DNA of 64,000 bases, taken from the NCBI RefSeq assembly GCF_006345805.1, contig NC_042997.1, positions 134,850,001-134,914,000 on the forward strand, in the 5' to 3' direction. The notes under the pieces were generated by a model. That model saw nothing but the letters and a program-made list of their open reading frames with translations, was not told the origin of the DNA and made no database searches. Within the stretch, counting starts at the first letter, position 1. Every line of letters begins with the position of its first letter. Made by a program: the position numbers and the translations under genes. Origin of the DNA: Octopus sinensis. Its lineage: Eukaryota. Below are positions 38,223 through 52,595 of this stretch, one piece after another.

Positions 38223-38297
38223 TGAATGTATTATAAATAAACAACGACCCTGCCCCGCTTAAGCCGATCAGCTAACTGATCAACATCAACGAAGCAC

Positions 38298-38332
<35 letters not shown>

Positions 38333-38334
38333 AA

Positions 38335-39000
38335 ATTTGCCAAATTATTTTGGTTGTCTTTTTCTTCATAAGTACGTAGGAATATGTTTTTCTTTTTGTT
38401 TTAAAGTAAATCTTAATTGTATCATCTTTAAGTATAAATATCTTATTGTTATGATTACGGTCTTCGAAATAATTTTTTGTGTATATCACTGAAAAGAATT
38501 AAAGGTCGCATGGGAAGAGGAAAATGTAGAAAACCCTTCTTTCCTCTGAATGGATTTAATTAATCAATAAAATCTGTCCCTTCACTATTAATTGTACAAT
38601 CACAAATTTACTTCTGCGCACTGATTCGTTGTGGTTAAGCACTTCATGATAGACGAAACCCTTCATAACATAACAAATACATAATATTCTTATGATGCTG
38701 CTTTTCTCTGTGAATACGTTCTCATTTCCGACTGTGATGAGTCAACCAAGGGAAATTTGACATGGCAAGATCAACATTTGACATAATACTTACATGATAG
38801 TCAGTAAAAAATATTCTTCCGGTAAAAACAATGAATTTGGTGGGAATATATCACTTATCAGAATACTAAATTTTTATATATACAAAGAAGAGCGGTTAAA
38901 GTATCAACAATATAGATAATAATTTCTCTTATTATTTGTGTACATACCCGGTTATGACAAAATGTTGGTGTGGTAAGTATTAAGATGCGAATGTAGAAAT
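38335..39000 (-). repeat. Third, more diverged copy of the mariner-containing unit
   Basis: Colinear with 5950-6700 (gccaaatta.tttggttgt, ctctgaatggatttaatt, gtcaaccaagg, tacccggttat). Confidence 0.75.
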
Positions 39001-39116
39001 ATTAGTAAGCAGGTAGGTAAAAGAAACATACGCAGGGTTACGTATATTGCCGTTCTGTTTTAATCTATCAATCAAGCTATCTGTCTGTCTGTCTTTCTAT
39101 CTATCTATCTATCTAC

Positions 39117-39184
<68 letters not shown>

Positions 39185-39239
39185 ATATCTATCTATACAT
39201 ATATTTATCTAGCCCTCTATCCATTTATGAATATGTTTA

Positions 39240-41730
39240 CTTACACACACACACACATATATATATCTCAACCACCAAACTCTACAACCACCTCACACAC
39301 ACAAAAAACAAAAAACTCCACCTCCTCCTCAACCCCTCACCCCTTCCCCATCCTCCCCCACTGTTCCCCCCTCCTTCGCACCTACCCCACCCTTCCACGG
39401 ACCCAAACACCCCCCACCGTGACCTTCCTACGCCTAACCCATCTTCACCCCAAACAACCCTACCCTCCCCTTCACACCCCTGCACCCCCCCGCATGCCCC
39501 TAGTCCTCCCACCACCCCGCTTCCTCGCGCTGTTGTTCACTATACCCCCACCTCCCCCTCTCCGCCGCTGAGCGTTCCCTCCTCAGTAAGGGTCTCCGCT
39601 TCACGCCACTCACGCGCCACTGTGATGAGTTCGAGACTCGGGCGGACGTCAACCTGTTCCTGCGCCGCCTCAAACTTCGCGCATACTACCACGCGTCCCC
39701 GCAGCGTCACAACAATCAGGATTGCCTTTTGGAGCTGGGGCGTCGTCCATCCATCTGGACGCCGCCCCCAGGCCTTTTTCAGTAGCCTAGATTCGTTTGT
39801 ACATGACTGTAACGCTTTGGTCCACCGTTTCAACTTTGCACCAAGAAACCCGCCGAGCCAACCTCACTCGGGCCGAATCCATTGCCCTTCGCCACCTCCG
39901 CCGTCGTGATGACATTGTCATCAAACCGGCGGACAAGGCGGGGCAGTGGTAGTGTGGCGCGCGGACCTATACAGGGAGGAAGCGCTCAACCAGCTTTCAA
40001 AATCCACTCTTCTATCGCCTCTCCCCTCCGATCCCACCTCCTCCTACCAACAGCGAGTGTCCTCCACCATCCACGACCTCATCTCCTCCTCGCTCTCCCC
40101 CTCACCGCCCCCAACCTCATCGTCCGAACCACCCCGCACCTCCACCATCTACTTCCTTCCCAAGATCCATAAACCCTAATCCTGGCCGTCCCATAGTCTC
40201 TGCCTGTAATTGCCCCACTGAACTCATCTCCTATACCTCGACCGCATCATGTCCCCCTTAGTCGCAGCCCTCCCATCCACACATACACGACACCAACAAC
40301 GCCCTCCGTCTCTTCAATTCCTTTTCCTTCCCTTCCAGCCCCTCACACCTCCCCTTCACTTTAGATGTAAAATCCCTGTACACAGTGATTCCCACAATGA
40401 CGGTCTCCTAGCCCTCCAACACTTCCTCGACCGTCGTCCCGACCCACCCCCAGCTCCCCCACCCTTCTCCGGTTGGCTGAGCTCGTCCTCACCCTCAATT
40501 GCTTCACGTTCGCCGGGGAAACGTACCAACATGTGTCCGGGGTCGCGATGGGAACTAGGATGGGCCCCAATTTCGCCAATCTCTTTCTTGGCTACATTGA
40601 GGCCCAAGTGTTCTCCCAGTTCTCTGGGCCGACCCCCGAACTATTCGGTCGCTATATCGACGACTGCGTAGGTGCCACCTCCCTTTCCCGCGAAATTCTC
40701 TGCCAATTCATCTCTTTCCTTTCCAACTTTCACCCCTCCTCTTCAATTCACCTCCACCATCTCCAACACCTCTGTCAACTTCCTTGACATCTCTCTCCGC
40801 ATCGATCACCCCTCCAGCTCTCTCACCACCACCGCCTTCTTAAACTACGGATTCCCATCTCTATCTCAACTTCTCTTCCTCCCACCCTTCCACACCAAAC
40901 GAGCCATCCCCTACTCCCAGTTCCTCCGCCTCCGACGACGTTGTGCAGCCGCGACCAGGATTTCGAGACCTATCTCAATACCTGGCCCGCATGTTCAGAC
41001 TCCGAGGTTACCCACCCATACTCTCTCTGATGCCCTCACCCGCGCCCGTTGCATCGACCCGCACTACCCGCCCTGTCTCCTTCCCCAGCCGCCACCCCCA
41101 CAAACCGCACCCCCTTCCCCCTCCTTTTCCACCCCTCTACCCTACCCCTCGTCGCAAGATACTACGTGCCTTCCGTCGCCTCCAGCTTGATCCCACCACC
41201 CCGCCCAATTTTCCCTAACCTACCCCTGTCCTCTTTCAAACGAGCCCGCAATTGCGTGACCTCCTGGTCCACAGCACCCTCTCTCCTTCCCCCTCAGCCC
41301 CACACGGATCATTCCTTGCTCTAGATCCCGTTGCAACACTTGCCCCTTCATCACCAACACCACCGCTGTCACCGGCTCCAACCTGCACACTGTACGCATT
41401 AGGCACTCTTTTACGTGCCACCTCGTCTGGCCTTATTTACTGCATTAAATGCAACTATGCGGGATGCTGTATGTAGGACAGACGGGACGCGGTTGTCGAC
41501 CGTTTTCACTGACACTTGAGGGACGTTCGCCTACACTCTCTTTCTCCCGTCGCACGCCACTTCCGCTCGGCCGGCCATTCCCTAGATGACATCTCAGTGT
41601 TTGGTCTCGCCCCCCACCATGGTCGCCCCTTTCCAGGCTCCACTTGGAGCAAAGCTACATCTTCACCCTACAAACTACAACCCACACGGACTTAACACAG
41701 CCCCCTCTCTTGAGATCCGTTTTTTTTTTT
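39240..41730 (+). mobile_element. Penelope-like element (RT plus GIY-YIG), frameshifted
   Basis: Manual translation ERSLLSKGLRFTP, LPKIHKP..PGRPIVS, LDVKSLYTVIP, GVAMGTRMGPNFANLF, RYIDD, FLDI, AIPYSQFLRLRR, and the endonuclease LIYCIKC..LYVGQTGR. Confidence 0.92.
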
Positions 41731-41739
41731 TTTTTTTTT

Positions 41740-43900
41740 TTTTTTTTTGTGGACAACACCACACACACACCACCCACCCACCCACCTACCTCCCACCCCA
41801 CCCACCCACCTACCTCCCCACGCCTGTTCACACACACACATACGTAGACCCAGCTACGTACATACATTCACACATTTATCACACACACTTACAGACATAC
41901 TAACACACACTAACATACAAACCAACATGCACATACACACACACATATCATACATACGCACACACATACATACTTACACACCACAACACACACACAGACA
42001 TACATACACACATACACACACACATACATACGCACATACATACACACACACTCACACACACACACCGCACGTACATACTTCACACACCACATGCAAAACA
42101 TACATGTAGGCACATACATACATACATACCTACACATGCACACCTTACACTGAATGCACACACACATACACCTTTTTGCATCCAGGCAGCCCCCCCTCTT
42201 TTCTGCTTTCCGGTTTTTGGCTGATGGATCCCTGTTCCCGCGTAGCGGGGCGTCGAGGGCCTTTGCGCTCGCGCGCATTGGCGCGCGCTGGGGCCTTGGT
42301 CGGCCCCTTGGGCTTGCGCGTTGTATGCTTGTGCGTTGTGTGCGTGAGCGCGCTTCGTGTGTGTGGGCTTGCTTCGGATGTGCGCGTGCGTATGTATGCA
42401 TACATACCCACACACTCGCATGCATCCCTACCACATACATACACGCACACCTACTCACACACACACATACACACAACATACCTGCACACACACACACACA
42501 TACATACATACACATACATACCTATTTCAGACAACACACACACAGACATACACCCATACACTCACACTCACACGCATACACACACACACATACACACGCA
42601 CACGTACACATACACACACACACACACCTACATACATTACACTTGTATACACACACACTTACATTCATACACACACACACCTACACAGCCATACCCTCAC
42701 TCAAGACACACATCTACCTACACACACACACAAACACACACGGACACACACCCATACATACATCTACACACACACACGCCTACACACATACATACACACA
42801 TACATAAACACACACATACACATATACACACATACGCACACACACATATACTTATACACATGCACACACACACACATACATACATACACCCATATACATA
42901 CACACACAATACCCACATATCCTATACGCACAATACATACACACAGACATACACACATACACACTCACACAAACATACACACACACATACTTACACACAC
43001 ACTCACCTGCACGCGCACACACATGCATGACAAACACCCATACACTCACACTCACATACGCACACACCAACATAAACACGCCACGCACACGCACACACAC
43101 ACCTACACTCCCACACACAACACCGCACCCTACATACACACACGCACGCATACACACGCACACACATACATTACACACGTACACCACACACCTACATACA
43201 CATGCATACACACCACACACAAACATGCACGGACACCCCCAGAAACACACAATACACCTATATACACACGCCCACACACCTACATAAACACAACATATAC
43301 ACACGCCCACACACCTACATACACACACATACATACACACATACACGGACACACCCATACATACTTAAATACATACACCTATACACACACGCCCTACACA
43401 CCTACATACACACACATGCATACACACACACACACATGTACGCACACAACAACATATACGCACATACAGATATACCCACACACATGCACACACACACACA
43501 CATACGCATGCATGCATGCATGCATGCACACGCGCACACCTACACGCATACACACACACCACACGCACGTACACATACATACATACACACACGCATACAT
43601 ACACCCATACACATACATGCATCCTACACAAACATACATACACACTCACACATACATACACACACACAACTCACTCACACACCTGTATGTACGCGCACAA
43701 CAACAACTCCCCCTACCCCACACGCATACATACATACACACTCACACACATACACACACACACACACACACGGACATACATCTATGCACACACATACATA
43801 CACAATACTCAAATACATTCATCGGACACACTGCCACAGGACATACACACAGACACGCTCACAAATCCAACACACATACATACTTACGCACAATACTCGC
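41740..43900. repeat. Degenerate (CA)/(CATA) low-complexity tract with a GC-rich insert at 42165-42400
   Basis: Direct inspection; produces the long HT-repeat ORFs. Confidence 0.9.
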
Positions 43901-44318
43901 AGGCTCGCGCACGCACGCGCTTGCGCCGGTTCGCGTACGCATACGCGCGCAGGCACCCGCTCTGGAACCGACAGACTTCCCGCCCGTTCCTGGGACCGTC
44001 GCGTGTCGTTGGGTTTTCCCACGCCTCCTCCGCGGGACCTCTTCCATCTTCCCCTCAGCTGGAGTCCTTTTTCCTTAACACCCCCCCTTTTCGTTACACA
44101 CACGCGCACACATATACACACATTGCTTAAATATATACTACTCTTACACACATTCAATCTACTCGCCATTTACCACCACGACACTGGACACACACACACA
44201 CTATACTCAACAAACGCTGGCCGCTACATACGCCCCCACCCCTTCCCCTCCTCCCTCCTCCTTCTTCTTTTTCTTACTACTGACCTTTGTCTGCTAGAGT
44301 GACCACTATCTCGCCCTA

Positions 44319-44418
44319 NNNNNNNNNNNNNNNNNNNNNNNNNNNNNNNNNNNNNNNNNNNNNNNNNNNNNNNNNNNNNNNNNNNNNNNNNNNNNNNNNN
44401 NNNNNNNNNNNNNNNNNN
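44319..44418. other. Assembly gap (100 N)
   Basis: Run of n. Confidence 1.
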
Positions 44419-46443
44419 TTATTCCACCTTTTTAAGTAAAGGTTTTCGTAAAATTCTATGTATGATAGTAGAATTTTGGATTGTCCCGTATATTACATGA
44501 AAAGGCATGCTATGGTGAAACTATTAATTATAATATAAACTTATAATAATCAATTATTAATAAAACTATATCATACTCTGTCGCTAAGCATTGAATTCTC
44601 TTTTACTTAATATTGATTTTTAATTTACTACACACACACATAAACACACACACACTCAGATAATATATAAAAAATAATCAAAGGATATAACAATAAATAT
44701 AGGATTATACAAAGAAAGATCATAAGCGATGGTAGGGAATAATAATTTTATGAAGAAGTCATCACCAATGGAATAGCAAGAGGGAGAGAGAGGGAGAGAG
44801 AGGGAGAGAGAGGGGGGAGATACCCAAACTTTGTTTCATTTAATAATTTTAGCTTATGTATAAATGTCTCTGACATTATCTCTGCTTTATGTTAATATGA
44901 CAATTTGGGTGAAACACCATAAATTTCAAGAATAAGGGATATAATTCCATAATAAATTTTCATTAACTATTTTTATACAAAAATTAAGTGATATAGCTGA
45001 CATAAAAGAAAATATTGAAAATTCTTCGTGTTCTGACCATTCCATGTATCTTCAATATTTTTAATATTTTCCCATTGCGAAAGAAATACTACCAAAACAA
45101 ACAAAAAAAGGATGTAAAAGAAGAAAAACAGGGAAAAAAATCTTGAAATTTTATATCACTTATAAAAATTTCATCACAAGAATATAATAGATATAGCCAT
45201 CAATATTCTTGTCAGGGTAACTAGCAATATATAAATATATACAAAAACTGATTTTTCCCTGCCACACACAGGCACACTGCTAGCTAACCTACATTTCTGA
45301 GTTCTATAGTCCTCCTTTAATAATACTAACATCAACATTAGGAATAGTAACAATGCTTAATGTCTCAAGGACATTAGAAATATAAAGCAAACAGTCCCAA
45401 CTGATATGAGACGAAAAATAAAAAGGAAAAAGTAAATAAAATTACCAACAATTTGAGAATTAATCTACTCAAGAGAAATTTAGTGCCAAACAAGCTGCAC
45501 CTGCCAAAAGCAACAACGAAAACAATAATTCAGATGATGATGATGATGATAATGATAATGATCGTGTTATGATGAAGAGAAGGAAGAGTAAGAGGTACAA
45601 GAAGTTTAGAAGGAGAGTAATGATAACAAATAATGGTATTTAACATTGGCACAAGGCAAAAAGATTTTTGTGTTTTTTGTTTTTTGTTTTTCATTGTTTT
45701 TTTTTATTATTATGGTTAATTAAACAGACCCAGTTTTTGAGTGGTTTGGTACTTAATTTCATCAACCCCAGAATGAAAGACAAAATTGCCTTTGGCAAGA
45801 TCTTAACTGAATTCAAAACTTAAAGTGACGTAACTTAAATCCGCAAAGTATTTTTCTAGTATTCAGTAAACTCTACTAATTGATCTTTAAAATCAACCTC
45901 TTTTAGCAAGAAAGAGTGGATAGTCATTTTTGGCCTGTGGTTATAGTGAAAGAAACTGGGTGTTGGACATAGTGGAAGGTTTGAAAGACATAACTTTTAC
46001 TCTCAGGCTCAGGCCAAGTCCGTATGAATTTCTTCAAGAACCAGTTGAGACTGACAGTGAAGATAGTAAAGAATATGCTGGCCTGCAGTAAATTGTTTTG
46101 AAATGTGGATGAGCATGGCTAAAAGAGACTATCTATACCAATAAAGGCTAGCAGCAAGATCTGAGAGAAGGTACTCACTGTTGATGTGTCTGCTGGGAAA
46201 CCAGAGGCTATCTTTTGGATGTTCCAAATCATTCAATATTGCCCTTCTTCCATTATGGGATGCCTTTATTGCTATTTATTGTTGCCTTTAAATTAATGTT
46301 TTTATTTATTTTTATTTTTTGCTAATCTCACTCTTTCACTAGAATCATAAACCCTACCAATTCCTTTTTGCAGTTTATTATGTATTGTCCCCAATAATTT
46401 TCCTAAACCAGATTTTGGATGGTGTATTCTAAATGTGGCAATA

Positions 46444-46966
46444 CCGTAAATCCTCGAGTATTGTCCGCCCGTGAGTATAATACGCAGGGGATTTTTAGGG
46501 GGCTGTACCTCTGAAAAACTTAAACCTTGTGTATAATACGCACCCCTTCTCTAACTTGAGTCAAGGAAGTCTATATAACGTCCTTGGTTCGTAAAAATGT
46601 ATACAATAACATCATTTATTATTATTATATATATAACATAATGCAAACGTGTAGCTTTTTTGCACATTTTGTTGGCAGAAAATAAAGAAATAACAGTAAT
46701 AACAGTAATAACATCTAATAAATGTTGCTTACTGCAAGTTATGGATGATTCTTTTATGACTTCATTGCTTTCTGGCTTAGCTTAATGTATTTTCACACCC
46801 GACATCACAAAATGCATCTGAATAAACATTGCCAGACAGCAAATAGAGACTCGGACATTGCTTAGAAAATAATTTTCATTTTTAACCTCGTATATAGTAA
46901 GCACTAGGGATTTTGACCTTTAAATTTTTGGGGTAAAAAATGCGGATTATACTCAAGGATTTACGG
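46444..46966. mobile_element. Tc1/mariner-pogo-type MITE with TA target duplication
   Basis: TA|ccgtaaatcctcgagtat...atactcaaggatttacgg|TA terminal inverted repeats. Confidence 0.85.
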
Positions 46967-47194
46967 TACATGCTCTTGTATGTTTTTTTTCTGTCAATTT
47001 CTCTTACTTCATGATATGTTCAGCAGAGTGAATTATAACTATAACAGCCAGAATATTGATGCCTATTGCCTTCTTATCATTATTTATTTATGTTTAGCTC
47101 TGTTGCATCTATTAACGTCACTTCTATATTTGTTCTTAAACTTTTCTTTTCTTTGTGTGTTATACAGTGTGTTGTTCATTCTCTAATTCATTGA

Positions 47195-47253
<59 letters not shown>

Positions 47254-47587
47254 CGTTGTTTTTGTTACTTTGTTTTATACAATCTTTTCAAGTCTCAGCT
47301 ACAGACCTCAAATAACAGCAAGGTGGATGTTTTACTGTGGGTGTTATTTATGATTAGCAATGATATATTGTAGGGAAAGGTAGGACCAGATTCTTAGAAC
47401 TAAGATTCTATAAAATTTGTAACATTTTGATTTTGGAAGAGTTTTAAGAGAATAGGCATTTCCAGGTTGACAGTATTTTCTTTATGATGTGGCAAGAACC
47501 CATGAGAAGAAATTTTTGTAGTTCTAATACTTTTGGGTTTCCTGGTATTTGACCATAGTGTTTCAGAGTGCTATTTGGTATCATCCC

Positions 47588-47662
<75 letters not shown>

Positions 47663-47838
47663 TTCCTATACACACAGCAAATTGGACTGTTGGAAAAAAA
47701 ACATTCCTAGCAACCTAGTAATACTGCCCTTAGTAATACTGTTTTCGGGAGCTGCACTAAACTAGGGTTTACGCCTATTTCCTCTATCCATCTGTTCTTC
47801 TTCTTCTTCTTCTTCTTCTTCTTCTTCTTCTTCTTCTT

Positions 47839-47869
<31 letters not shown>

Positions 47870-47884
47870 TTATTGTTGTTGTTG

Positions 47885-47941
<57 letters not shown>

Positions 47942-48639
47942 GCCTAGTAGTTCAAGTGTTGCACTTACAATTGCAAAACTATGGATTCAATTCCTAGACC
48001 AGGGTGCTGTGTTGTGTTCTTGAGCAAAGTACTTCATCTCACATTGCTCTGCGATCACTTTGACACTTGACATGCACCGGTTCAGGCATCGTCAATTTGA
48101 TGGAAGATTTGATGCAGATTGATCAACAAAAGCTGAATGCTCATACATTGTCTTTGATGGGAGAGTCCATCATTATCATTATTTTTGTTGTTATTGTTGT
48201 CATTATAAAAATCATTTTTATAATTACAGTTTTATATTGGCATTATATAGTACCTTATATTTTTACTGAACATTGAAAGTGAAATTCAAAATTTTGTGTG
48301 ATGCATCATAGACATGCTAATACCAATACACCAAAGCCCTTATTATTATAAAACAAACAATAAGACCAGCATCAACTACAATAGTAATAGCTGTAGTAAT
48401 AATAACAATAGCCGCATAAGTATTAGTGATATAACAATGATGATAATAATGATTATGATGATGATAACTATTACAGCTAATAGAAGCATAAAGCCCTAAC
48501 ATTTTTAGGGGAGATAAATATGTATGTTACTAACATCCTAATTACATTATTTAAAAGGTAAGCAGTTTTGTCATAAAATTAGTAAGAGTTCATGATCAAA
48601 TAAAGCTTGTAGTAGTAGTAATTTCTAACATGGGTGATT

Positions 48640-50051
48640 ATTTCCACTATAGACACAAGGCCTGAAATTTTGGGGAGGGGATTAGTTGATTGCATCGACA
48701 CCAGTACTCCACTGGTACTTAATTTGCTGATCCTGAAAGGATAAAATGCCAGCAGCATATTCACATATTTTAGTGCTGGGTTTTAGTTGAATTCATCAAC
48801 CTTAGATTAGAACACTTACTTCTTTCATTGTCTATAGTAGGAGGACAGGATTTGGAGAAAAATTAAAAGGTGGACTTTCCTAGTTGTTTGAATTATGTCT
48901 GGCAATTGTTTGGTACCTCTGTGATCTCCTTTGATGGATGAAGAGATAATTCAACCGCGGCAGAAATTGAAATCAGAGTGTGTAGGAATCAAACTAAATG
49001 TTATAAGGCATTTAACCAACCACTTTGACTGATCCTACCATTATCTTATATAATCCTTTCTACTATAGGAACGAGGCCTAAAATTATTGAGGAGGGGACT
49101 AGTTAATTGCATTAATCACAGTGCTTAACTGGTAATTATTTTTATCAACCATGAAAGGCAAAGTCGACCTTGGTGGAATTTGAACTCAGAACATGAAGAT
49201 TGGCAAAATGCCACTAAGTATTTTGCTCAGCATAGTAATAATTCTGCCAGCTCACCACCTTATCATTTTATATAATAATAATAAACATTTCTATAGGTAT
49301 CAGACCTCATATTTTGAGTGAGGTGTCTGGAGGTAATTATATCAACCCCAATATTTTATTTTATCAATGTTAGACAAATGAAAAACAAAGTTAACCTCAG
49401 GGGATTTGAACTTAGAACACAATTTTATTTATTTACTTATTTTATTTTTTATAGAAGCACAAGAGCAGAAATAGAGAATGAATGAAAGAAAAATTGATTA
49501 TAGTGATTCAGTATTTGACTGTTACTTATTATATCCAGGCCCTGAAGGATGAAAGACAAAATCAACTTCAGCAGTACTTGAACTCATTACATAGGAGATC
49601 ATAACTAGATACCAATGTAATGATTCTGCCAATGATGTTAGAGAATGAGCTTCAGAAATGAAGAATTGGGTTCATTACCTAATGTATTGAATGATGCAGG
49701 CAGATTGATAAAAACTTGCAAATGATAGGCAAGAGTTTGCTAGTTTACAATTTGTTGTTGCTGCTGTTGTTGTTGTTGTTAAGTAGTTCCAGTTTGGCAC
49801 TGACTGAGCAGAACAATTATTAAATTATTCCATCCATAACCAAACAGACTTTTCTTTTCAGACATCATAAATCTATTACGATGTTGTCCAATGTTTTGGT
49901 TTTTAAGATAGTAGAGTGTGATTTAAGAGAAATTGATCTCTTTTCTTTCAGTAGAACTAACGATTACATAGAGGCTCTATTTTTTGGCTTGTAATTTTGT
50001 CACCTATTAATAAATTGTAGACAATAAACCAGTTAACAAAGACTGGAAACT

Positions 50052-50092
<41 letters not shown>

Positions 50093-51335
50093 TAATAATA
50101 ATAATTACCATGGCTTCCAATTTAAACACAGGGCCAACAATTTTGAGGGGAGGGAATTAGTAATTACCATCAGCCTTAGTACTTGACTAGTACTTTATTT
50201 TAGCAAACTCGGAAAAATGAAAGGCAAAGTTGATCTTGGAGAGATTTGAAGAATCATCTACAACATAAGAAGAGGGCCTCAGACATCTGAGATGGGGAAG
50301 AGAATATTTGATTAGATGTTCTTCGTTAGATGATTGGTTAAATGGTTTAATTGAATCTCGGCAGTTTGAAAGGCAAAGCAAATTGTAATGCAGAAAGTGA
50401 AAGTGATGTAACTGAATATCACAAAAAATAACGATTACCACTTGATTGAGTTTTTACCATCCACTGCCTTTGTAATAGTAATAATATTAGTTTCTAAAAG
50501 AGGCACAAGGCCTCAAATTTGGAGAGGAATATAGATGGTTATATTGATCCCACTACTTGATTGATGCTTTATCTTATGGACCTCAGAAATATGAAAGGCA
50601 AATTTGACCTTGGTGGGATTTGAACTCAGAATGTAAAGGGCTATAACTAAATACTAGAAAACATTTCGCTTGCCACTTTTGCAATTCTGCAATCCATTTT
50701 CCTCATAATATTAATACTATTCATAACAATGATAAGCTGAAAGACAATGCAATTATAACAATTTCTTAATAATAATAATAATGATAATAATAATAATGAT
50801 GATAACAATAACCTCTCTTATCTTTCACTCGTCCTAAGATGCTGGGTGTGTCTCAGCAAGTGATTGTAACAAACATGCAGATTAAAAGTAAATAATAATA
50901 ATAGTTTCAAATTTTGCCACAAAGGCAGCAATTTTGGGGAGAGGAGGTGAGTTGATTACATCGAACCCAGTGTTCGACTAGTATTTATTTTATCAACCTT
51001 GAAAGGATGAAAGGTGAAGTCAACCTCAGCAGAAATTGAACTCAAAACATAGTGGCAGGTGAAATACCGCTAAGCATTTTGTCCGGCATGCTAATGATTC
51101 TGCCAATGATGATGATGATCCTTTCTACTAAAGGCACGAGGCCTGAAATTTGGTGTTAGGGGACTAGTCAATTACATCAACCCCAGTGTTTCACTGGTAC
51201 TTAATTTATCAAATCCGAAAGGATGAAAAGCAAAGTGGATCTTGGTGGTATTTGAATTCAGAACACAGCGACGGGTGAAATACCGCTAAGCATTTCGTCT
51301 GGAGCGCTAACAATTCTGCCAGTTTGCCACCTCAG
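48640..51335 (-). mobile_element. Pile-up of degenerate SINE family A copies, all on the minus strand, interleaved with (AAT)n
   Basis: Recurrent aggcctgaaattt..ggaggggactagt..atcga..ccag..ggtacttaattt..gaaaggatgaaaggcaaagtcgacct..gaactcagaac blocks. Confidence 0.75.
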
Positions 51336-51796
51336 TAAGAATAATAATGATAACAACAACATTACAATAAACAGAGATATAACATAGTACTGATAACAAT
51401 AAACAATAAGGAAAAAAAGTAGTAATTTAGAATCATTCTCTCAGTGCAAAACGACTGAACATGTGTCTATACATTTATATATACATGTTGTGTATGTGTA
51501 TTTCAGATATAGCTTCTGTTTCTTTACATGAGAGTCTGTATCCTAATATGTATACACATGTAACATTCTGAGTTGATTGCTTGTACAGTATATGAATTTG
51601 TATGCAGCTAACAGTCCCAAGACAATATAATAAGGTTCCATATAAAACATGAATATAGTTGCACAAGTTGAGCAAACATATGAGAGAAAAATGTATAAGC
51701 TGGCCCTCAATATTTTCTATTGTACAATATAGAATGCAATGTTGGAAAGTCTGCTTGTTATGAAATATATATATACATATATGTTATATATATATG

Positions 51797-51936
<140 letters not shown>

Positions 51937-52293
51937 GATATATTTATTCATGGATATTAACATATTTAATATTATAGATACAGACACACATACATTCACA
52001 CACACACATATATCTATCTATCGATCTATTTATCTATGTCTATATATATATGTATATATATATATAAATATATACATATAAACAGAGAGAGAGAGAGAGA
52101 GAGAGGAAGGGGAGGGAAGGAGAGAGGGAATGTAAAACAGTATAATGGACTAGGTAAGTCTACCTAAAAGAAAGAGGAAACTCAATAAGCACATTTGTGG
52201 AGGAACAATTTCCATGTCAGTATTGGAAAAATCAATACTACACAGTGACAAGTAGTTATAGATAGTGTGAAAATGCTTGTAATCTATCTATCA

Positions 52294-52360
<67 letters not shown>

Positions 52361-52536
52361 TATTTATATATATATATAAATATATATATATATGTATATA
52401 TATATATATGTATATGTATATGTGTGTGTGTGTGCGTATATATATATATGCATATATATATGCATATATATATGTGTGTATATATATGCATATATAAGCA
52501 TAAACACACATACATATCCATATGTATATATTTGTA

Positions 52537-52595
<59 letters not shown>

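Larger units (their letters stand above)
37075..38297 (-). repeat. Tandem array of a 479-bp unit (about 2.55 copies), retrozyme-like or pLTR-like
   Basis: Units start at 37082, 37561 and 38040 and differ by only a few substitutions and 1-nt indels; (TA)n on both flanks. Confidence 0.95.

Noticed and set aside
37075-38297. CRISPR-like or coding repeat interpretation of the tandem array
   Set aside because: Eukaryotic context, whole units repeated without unique spacers, and no ORF.
42215-42262. ctgatgga...cgtc resembling a hammerhead in the Penelope 3' region
   Set aside because: The GAAA core is absent and CUGAUGA is imperfect; it cannot be supported unless polishing restores it.
42154-44302. 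573-aa and other His/Thr-rich ORFs
   Set aside because: They are translations of a degenerate (CA)n tract in low-quality sequence next to the gap.
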